DNA of 62,300 bases from Candidatus Nanopelagicaceae bacterium (GTDB lineage Archaea > Asgardarchaeota > Lokiarchaeia > Sigyniarchaeales > SOKP01), in contig DATKTW010000134.1 in assembly GCA_035530895.1 (NCBI GenBank), positions 1 to 62,300 of the forward strand. The letters are read 5' to 3'. The notes under the pieces are model-generated. The model was not told where the DNA came from and made no database searches. It was given only the letters and a program-made list of their open reading frames with translations. Shown here piece after piece: positions 56,338 to 62,300 of the stretch. Every line of letters starts with the position of its first letter. The first letter of the stretch is position 1. The translations under genes and the position numbers were made by a program.

Positions 56338-57075
56338 GTGATCTTTATGGGTAAGCGTATATTAGCTCAAAGAAAAGGATACGGCCATTTATGGGCGCGA
56401 TCTCCAAGTCATCGACATGTAGGAGAGGTAAAATATCGTCCCTTCAAGAAAGATGAAAAATTGTTAAAATTTAAAGTGATTGAATTCGTTCACGCTCCAG
56501 GTAGAGGTGCTCCAATAGCTAAAATTAGGTACGAAGATGGGGAAAAAAGTTTATGGTTACCTCCAGAAGGAATATATGAAGGACAAGAATTTATCCAATC
56601 AAAAACAGGATACGGGCAAGAAGTAAAAGTAGGAAATATCCTCCCTGTTAGAAAAATGCCAATAGGAACGCTTGTATTCAACATCGAAGGTTCTCCACAA
56701 GATGGAGGTAAATTCGCGAGAGCATCTGGAGTTGCTGCTATCGTTAGAAACAAATCTGGAAAAAATATTGAATTACTATTTCGATCAAAAAAAACTAAAT
56801 GGTTTAATGAAAATTGCCTTTGCACTGTAGGAGTAGTTGCAGGTGGAGGTAGAGTAGATAAACCTTTCCTGAAAGCAGGAAACGCACACCACGCCTACCG
56901 CTCTAAAGCAAAGAAATGGCCGGTCGTTAGGGGAGTTGCAATGGTTGCTGCTAGTCACCCATATGGCGGTGGTGCAAAGCAAAGCCCTCATAAACCAACA
57001 ACCACTTCTAGAAATGCTCCTCCAGGTAGAAAAGTTGGTCAAATCGCAGCTAGGCGTACAGGTCATCAGAATTAA
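56338..57075 (+). CDS. rpl2: 50S ribosomal protein uL2
   Basis: MGKRILAQRKG..., GGGRVDKP and HPYGGG blocks. The likely start is ATG 56347. It is not embedded in a ribosomal-protein operon here. Confidence 0.9.
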   Translation: MIFMGKRILAQRKGYGHLWARSPSHRHVGEVKYRPFKKDEKLLKFKVIEFVHAPGRGAPIAKIRYEDGEKSLWLPPEGIYEGQEFIQSKTGYGQEVKVGNILPVRKMPIGTLVFNIEGSPQDGGKFARASGVAAIVRNKSGKNIELLFRSKKTKWFNENCLCTVGVVAGGGRVDKPFLKAGNAHHAYRSKAKKWPVVRGVAMVAASHPYGGGAKQSPHKPTTTSRNAPPGRKVGQIAARRTGHQN

Positions 57076-57223
57076 ATTCTATTTTTGTTACTTCTCATTC
57101 TACGATACAATCAGCGAGATATTTTTTACTGAAATATTTGCTTTTTAATAACAATTTAAAAAAAGTATAATATTTGATCATAGATTATTTCAATTATAGA
57201 GATGATAAAAGAGTTAGATAGCT

Positions 57224-58582
57224 ATGGATCATAAATTTATCAATCCCGTTGAAACTCGTTATCGAACTGAAATAGCAGACATCTTTACTGAAGAAAAAAA
57301 ATTAGACAACTGGTTAAAAGTTGAAGCGGTATTAGCTAAAGCTCACGCTAAATTAGGGAACATTCCTCAAGACGCAGCGGATGAGATATTTAAAAAAGCT
57401 AATTTGCATTATGTAAATTTAAATCGTGTCAAAGAAATAGATAGAGAAATACATCATGATTTAATGGCTATGGTAAAAGCTTTATCTGAACAATGCGAGG
57501 GAGACGCCGGAAAATACATTCATTTAGGGGCAACCAGCTATGATATAGAAGACACAGCAACAGCACTTCAATTAAAAGAAGCGATCTCGCACATTATAAA
57601 ATCTTTGAAGAACCTACTTATAGCCTTAATCAAAGTAATTGATGATAAAAAAAACCTCGTTTGTATAGGAAGAACTCACGGACAACATGCTATTCCAACA
57701 ACATATGGGATGAGATTTGGTGTATGGGCATATGAATTAGATAGGCATATAGATAGATTAAAAGAAACGCTTAATCGGATCACATTCGGTAAAATGTCTG
57801 GTGCAGTAGGAACTATGGCAAGCTTTGGAGAAAAAGGTATAGAAATACAAAAAATAGTAACTAAAGAGCTCGATTTACATCCGCCGTTAATAGCAAACCA
57901 AATAATTCAAAGAGATCGTCACGCTGAGGTAATTTTTATAACAACATTAATAGGACAATCTCTTGCTAAAATTTCAACGCAAATTAGAATACTTCAAAGG
58001 AATGAAATAGCTGAAATGTTTGAACCTTTTAAGAAGAGTCAAGTTGGCAGTTCGACAATGCCCCACAAAAGAAATCCTCATAAATCTGAGAGAATCTGTA
58101 GTTTAGCCCGATTGTTGAAGTCTAACGTAATTCCCGCTTTAGATAATATAATTTTAGAAGATGAGAGAGACTTAACGAATTCTGCGAATGAAAGAATAAT
58201 TTTCTCAGAGAACTTCATACTTTTAGACTTTATGATAAATCAATTAACGGATATTATCCTAGGGGTCGAATTTGACGAATTTAAAATAGAAGAAAATTTA
58301 AATCTTACTAAAGGAGCGATTCTCTTCGAAAAAGTTATGGTTAATCTGGTTAAAAAAGGTGTCGGTAGGCAAGAAGGACATGAAATTTTAAGGAAGGCAG
58401 CTATTAAAGCAAAAAAAGAAAAAATATTAATTAAAGAAATTTTATATAAAAATCCAAAAATTCAAGAACTCCTTTCTAAAAACGAGATTGACGAATTATT
58501 AGATCCTCACAAGTACATAGGGAAAGCTCTTGAACAAACAGAAAATCTTCTAAATGTTCTTAAAAATAAATACGCGTTATAA
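57224..58582 (+). CDS. purB: adenylosuccinate lyase
   Basis: 452 aa. Fumarate-lyase signature GSSTMPHKRNP. Confidence 0.9.
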   Translation: MDHKFINPVETRYRTEIADIFTEEKKLDNWLKVEAVLAKAHAKLGNIPQDAADEIFKKANLHYVNLNRVKEIDREIHHDLMAMVKALSEQCEGDAGKYIHLGATSYDIEDTATALQLKEAISHIIKSLKNLLIALIKVIDDKKNLVCIGRTHGQHAIPTTYGMRFGVWAYELDRHIDRLKETLNRITFGKMSGAVGTMASFGEKGIEIQKIVTKELDLHPPLIANQIIQRDRHAEVIFITTLIGQSLAKISTQIRILQRNEIAEMFEPFKKSQVGSSTMPHKRNPHKSERICSLARLLKSNVIPALDNIILEDERDLTNSANERIIFSENFILLDFMINQLTDIILGVEFDEFKIEENLNLTKGAILFEKVMVNLVKKGVGRQEGHEILRKAAIKAKKEKILIKEILYKNPKIQELLSKNEIDELLDPHKYIGKALEQTENLLNVLKNKYAL

Positions 58583-58584
58583 AA

Positions 58585-59781
58585 ATGTCTAACCATAAAG
58601 ATATTTATTCTCAATTAGGTGTTTCTTCTAAAAAGGAAGACGTCCATAAAGCAATTCAACTTTTTGATAAAGGATTATACCCCGGATCTTTTTGTAAAAT
58701 CGTTCAAGATGTGAGGAAAAAAGCGGATTCTTGTTCAGTTTTTCATTCCGATGGAGCGGGGACTAAATCTAGCCTCGCTTATATGTATTATAAAGAGCTA
58801 GAAGACATATCCGTTTTTAGTGGAATTGTACAAGACGCAATTGTTATGAATATTGACGATATGCTCTGCGTTGGGGCGACAGGTGATTATTTCATTTCCA
58901 ATAATATCGGTCGAAATAGCAGGTACATTGATGGCGAGATTATTAATACCATAATCCAAGAATACTATTCCTATAGTAAAAAGTTGTCTGAATTGGGTTT
59001 AAATACTGTAGTATGTGGTGGTGAAACCGCTGATGTCGGAGATGTCGTAAAAACTCTTATAATCGACGCATCAGCGTTCACTAGTTTGAAGAAAAAAGAT
59101 GTTATCGATTTAAGCAAAATTTCCAATAACGATGTAATCATCGGTTTAGCTAGCTCTGGAAAAGCAACATATGAAGAAGAATTTAATAGCGGTATAGGTA
59201 GCAACGGTTTAACGCTTGCCCGACACGGAGTTCTATCGCACGAATATTACTCGAAATATCCTGAGTGTTATGACCAATCTCTTGAAGAACAATTAGTTTT
59301 TTTCGGAAATCACTTACTTTCTGATAAAATTAAAGATTCAAGTCTAACAATAGGAAAAGCACTTTTGTCTCCAACTAGAACTTATGCCCCAATAATCTTA
59401 GATGTACTAAAAAACCATCGGAAGGAAATTCACGGAATAATCCACAACACGGGAGGAGGTCAAACAAAAATCTTGAACTATGGTAAAGGAATTAAATACA
59501 CAAAAAACAATCTGTTTCAAATACCTAAAATATTTGAAATTATTCAAAGCTCTTCGGAAACTCAATGGAAAGAGATGTTTCAGGTGTTTAATATGGGTCA
59601 TCGGATGGAAATTTTTTGTGATGAAACTACAGCTCAAGATATAATCAAAATCAGCAAAAAATACAATGTAGAGTCGAAAATTATCGGTTACTGCCAAAAT
59701 TCACCATCAAAACACCAGAATTTACTCGAAATAAAGTCTGAATTTGGATCCTTTAATTACGATCAAAAAGACATAATTTAG
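58585..59781 (+). CDS. purM: PurM-like AIR synthase family protein (phosphoribosylformylglycinamidine cyclo-ligase-like)
   Basis: 398 aa. HSDGAGTK and CGGETAD motifs of the PurM family. Starts 2 nt after the purB stop. Confidence 0.6.
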   Translation: MSNHKDIYSQLGVSSKKEDVHKAIQLFDKGLYPGSFCKIVQDVRKKADSCSVFHSDGAGTKSSLAYMYYKELEDISVFSGIVQDAIVMNIDDMLCVGATGDYFISNNIGRNSRYIDGEIINTIIQEYYSYSKKLSELGLNTVVCGGETADVGDVVKTLIIDASAFTSLKKKDVIDLSKISNNDVIIGLASSGKATYEEEFNSGIGSNGLTLARHGVLSHEYYSKYPECYDQSLEEQLVFFGNHLLSDKIKDSSLTIGKALLSPTRTYAPIILDVLKNHRKEIHGIIHNTGGGQTKILNYGKGIKYTKNNLFQIPKIFEIIQSSSETQWKEMFQVFNMGHRMEIFCDETTAQDIIKISKKYNVESKIIGYCQNSPSKHQNLLEIKSEFGSFNYDQKDII

Positions 59782-59788
59782 GAGTGAA

Positions 59789-60769
59789 GTGGTTAAAATA
59801 TTCGATGTAATTTGTATTGGGGCTGCACTTGTTGACATGATAGCTCAAGTAGTAAGACATCCATATGATGATGACGAAGTATTTGTATCAGACTTAACAA
59901 TATTATCTGGTGGGGCTGCAGCGAATACTGCTTACGCTTGTGGGAAAATGGGCTTATCAGCAGCTTTCATCGGAAAATTGGGGCAAAATGATATCTTCGG
60001 TAATAAAATAATTAATGATTTTAAAGAAGCATCAGTTAAAACTAGGTTAATTAAATACTCAGATAGCTATAAAACAGGGTCTGCTTATATCGCTTTAAAT
60101 GAAAAGGGAGAAAGGAGGATATATGCTCATAGTGGTGCCGCTAATTATCTATCTAAAAACGATCTTTTAGAAGAAGAGATTGCAGCCACTAAATTAATCT
60201 TTTTAAGTAGCTTACAAAATATAGAACCCTTATTACACGCAGCAAAAATAGGTAGAAACCTTAATATACCTGTGATTTTGAACCCAGGCATGTTGATCAT
60301 AGACCAAGGTTTCGACTACATCAAAAACTTATTAGAGAAAATCGACATATTAATACTCTCTCAAAAAGAATTCAAAACTCTTTTTAATTTCAAAGAAAAT
60401 GATTTAAGTGAAGATTCAATTAGAGAAAGTTCAGCTTCATTATTTGCTTTAGGAATGAAAGTTATTGTTATTACACTTGGCGAAAAAGGGGCATTCTTAT
60501 TAACTACCACGCACGATGAGCTTATACAACCGTTAAAATTAGAAAAAGTAATAGATACAACTGGAGCTGGTGACGCTTTTTCTGCAGGTTTCATTTATGG
60601 TTTAGTTAAAAATTTAAACCTAAAATTTGAACACCTAAAAAATAATGTAAAAATTGGCAATTTTATAGCTGGCAATTGTATCCAAAAATTAGGTGCGAGA
60701 AATGGAATTCCAAGGAGAAATGAATTAAAAACTTTTTTGGGCAATACAAATACAAATAAAAAAATTTAA
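59789..60769 (+). CDS. PfkB-family carbohydrate/nucleoside kinase
   Basis: 326 aa. GGAAANTA and DTTGAGDAF motifs. Confidence 0.75.
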   Translation: MVKIFDVICIGAALVDMIAQVVRHPYDDDEVFVSDLTILSGGAAANTAYACGKMGLSAAFIGKLGQNDIFGNKIINDFKEASVKTRLIKYSDSYKTGSAYIALNEKGERRIYAHSGAANYLSKNDLLEEEIAATKLIFLSSLQNIEPLLHAAKIGRNLNIPVILNPGMLIIDQGFDYIKNLLEKIDILILSQKEFKTLFNFKENDLSEDSIRESSASLFALGMKVIVITLGEKGAFLLTTTHDELIQPLKLEKVIDTTGAGDAFSAGFIYGLVKNLNLKFEHLKNNVKIGNFIAGNCIQKLGARNGIPRRNELKTFLGNTNTNKKI

Positions 60770-60823
60770 AATATTTCGATATAACTATCTTTTATTCATA
60801 AAACATGTTGGTAAATATAAATC

Positions 60824-61891
60824 ATGGGAAGACTTGAAAGTCCTCTAAAAACGATATTAAGGCAACGATTTTATTATCTATTTGAAGCATTGATAATCTT
60901 TTTTGGCATTTTTATTTTCATGTTAATTCCTACTTTTCTGTTGCCATTTTTGATTGATAGTAATTCCGTGATTTTTGAACCTCTTTATTATTTATTAAGA
61001 GCAGCTTCTATAGTCGTTACCATACCTTTATTCCTTTATTTGGCTAATTTTATAATGGAAAAGCAGAGAAAAATATTGATATTAGAGGAAGACATTAGTC
61101 CTTCAAGAAATTTTCTTAATCTGTTTAAAATAACAAAAAGTAATTTTAAATTTCAACTCTTATACGGTATATTATTGCTTGTTTTAATTTTCATACCATT
61201 AGATTTTTTGACTTATCTCCTAGTACCTGAAATGCTTTCTTATGCTTCCACGGCAGTAGAATCCGCAGGAGCAGGTTATAATTCTTATTTTACTGAGAAT
61301 TACTCAATTTTTCTTCTATCAGTTGTTTTGATATCTCTATGTGTTGGGATTTACGAAGAATCATTAACAAGAGGCTTTTTAACTAACAGAGGAAGTGATT
61401 ACTTTAATAAAATGTCTGCGGTGATCATAACTTCCTTTTTCTTCGGTTTAGGACATTTTGCTTATATATTTAACCCGTCTTCATCTGGATTTCCAATTAT
61501 TTTTCCGATTATTTGGTTTTTACAAACTTTCTTAGTAGGAATTATTCTTGCTATGGTCGTTTTAAGAAGACATTGGATATTTCCAGTAATTTTTGCCCAT
61601 ACTATTAACAATATTATATCATCTCATTCGATTTGGAACTATATAAACGGTTTTGATTTTTCGTTTATGACCTTCTATGTTTACATTCCTTTATTGATAA
61701 TAGGAGTAATACTTTTTATTTGGCAATTTTCTCGAATTAAAGAGAGTTTATCAATAGGTTGGAAAGAGTTTAAAAAGTATTTTGCCCGTGATGAAAATAT
61801 CGGAGAAAATTCGTTAGAAACTGTTGTTAGAATTATGATGGATTTTTTATTTGGATTAATTATTTTTTTTGTTGGAGTAATAATATTATAG
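60824..61891 (+). CDS. CPBP (CAAX/Abi) family intramembrane metalloprotease
   Basis: 355 aa, polytopic. EESLTRGFL, FGLGH and HTINN motifs. Confidence 0.7.
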   Translation: MGRLESPLKTILRQRFYYLFEALIIFFGIFIFMLIPTFLLPFLIDSNSVIFEPLYYLLRAASIVVTIPLFLYLANFIMEKQRKILILEEDISPSRNFLNLFKITKSNFKFQLLYGILLLVLIFIPLDFLTYLLVPEMLSYASTAVESAGAGYNSYFTENYSIFLLSVVLISLCVGIYEESLTRGFLTNRGSDYFNKMSAVIITSFFFGLGHFAYIFNPSSSGFPIIFPIIWFLQTFLVGIILAMVVLRRHWIFPVIFAHTINNIISSHSIWNYINGFDFSFMTFYVYIPLLIIGVILFIWQFSRIKESLSIGWKEFKKYFARDENIGENSLETVVRIMMDFLFGLIIFFVGVIIL

Positions 61892-61908
61892 TGAGTATTA
61901 GAAAAGAA

Positions 61909-62300
61909 ATGGCTAAATTTGGAATCATTTCTGACACACATTTTACCAATACTGATAAAAATGAATTATATTATAAATTATTGAATCAATTAGAGGAAAC
62001 TTTCAAAGATGTTGATGAAATTATTCATGCTGGAGATGTTTGTGAATCATTTTTTCTTGACGATATGGAAAACATCGCTCCAGTCCGATGCGTACGAGGA
62101 GAGTCAGACAAAATAACGGGACTTATGAATTTTATAAAATTTGAAGTTGGTAAATACTCCCTCGGAATAATTCACAACAAACCTGAGAATACGGAAGTTT
62201 TTTTTAAAGAGCATAATATCCATATTCTTATTTTTGGGCATACCCATCAACCACTTATTAAAGGAACACCTTACAATACGCTATTAATCAATCCGGGGAG
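61909..62300 (+). CDS. MJ0936/YfcE (Vps29-like) metallophosphoesterase, 3' end outside the window
   Basis: Not in the ORF track because it runs off the end. The translation MAKFGIISDTHF...IIHAGDV...FGHTH shows phosphoesterase motifs. GTG 61891 is an alternative start. Confidence 0.65.
   Translation, partial: MAKFGIISDTHFTNTDKNELYYKLLNQLEETFKDVDEIIHAGDVCESFFLDDMENIAPVRCVRGESDKITGLMNFIKFEVGKYSLGIIHNKPENTEVFFKEHNIHILIFGHTHQPLIKGTPYNTLLINPG

Noticed and set aside
1-62300. Searched by eye for CRISPR arrays, rRNA genes, transposase/IS elements and long terminal or inverted repeats.
   Set aside because: None were recognised. Nearly all non-coding gaps are under 500 nt and AT-rich. A by-eye scan cannot exclude dispersed repeats or small ncRNAs such as C/D box sRNAs.

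Overview
AT-rich archaeal chromosomal segment with about 60 protein genes and 2 tRNAs. I saw no rRNA and no CRISPR array. All calls come from reading the supplied ORF translations and the DNA by eye, using motif recognition only with no searches run.

Housekeeping content is clearly archaeal:
- Replication and repair: DNA polymerase D large and small subunits (a divergent pair), Orc1/Cdc6, RNase HII.
- RNA processing and translation: RtcB plus archease, Pelota, Nop5 plus fibrillarin, Elp3, GatE/GatD, uL2.
- Metabolism: archaeal-type SAM synthetase, CDP-archaeol synthase, pyrD/pyrK, purB/purM-like, HypB, CutA.

Several proteins look like eukaryotic signature proteins: a Roadblock-small-GTPase fusion, a longin-like protein, an Elf1-like factor, an LSm protein, a polyproline protein and an unannotated WH2-like mini-ORF. 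From these I infer an Asgard-type archaeon; this is inference, not proof.

The most unusual region is a tightly packed eight-gene same-strand operon at 30297..39238. Only a AAA+ ATPase in it has intact catalytic motifs. Its neighbours are a duplicated zinc-ribbon protein, two long coiled-coil proteins (one resembling an SMC/Rad50 protein with degenerate ATPase motifs), a tandem winged-helix-like protein and three proteins with no recognisable features. I cannot match this set to any system I know, so it is my top candidate for an undescribed system.

Other items worth follow-up:
- Two possible actin-regulator-like genes: the WH2-like 51-aa ORF at 21735..21890, and the polyproline plus WH2/GAB-like tail at 26859..27308.
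- A tRNA-Thr with a non-canonical intron, next to a LAGLIDADG gene.
- A zinc-ribbon/PD-(D/E)XK-like selfish-looking gene.
- An ORB-like origin candidate next to cdc6.
- Tandem AN1-zinc-finger intramembrane-protease-fold genes, one apparently catalytically dead.
- A 107-codon stop-free, start-less extension upstream of the 27837 gene.
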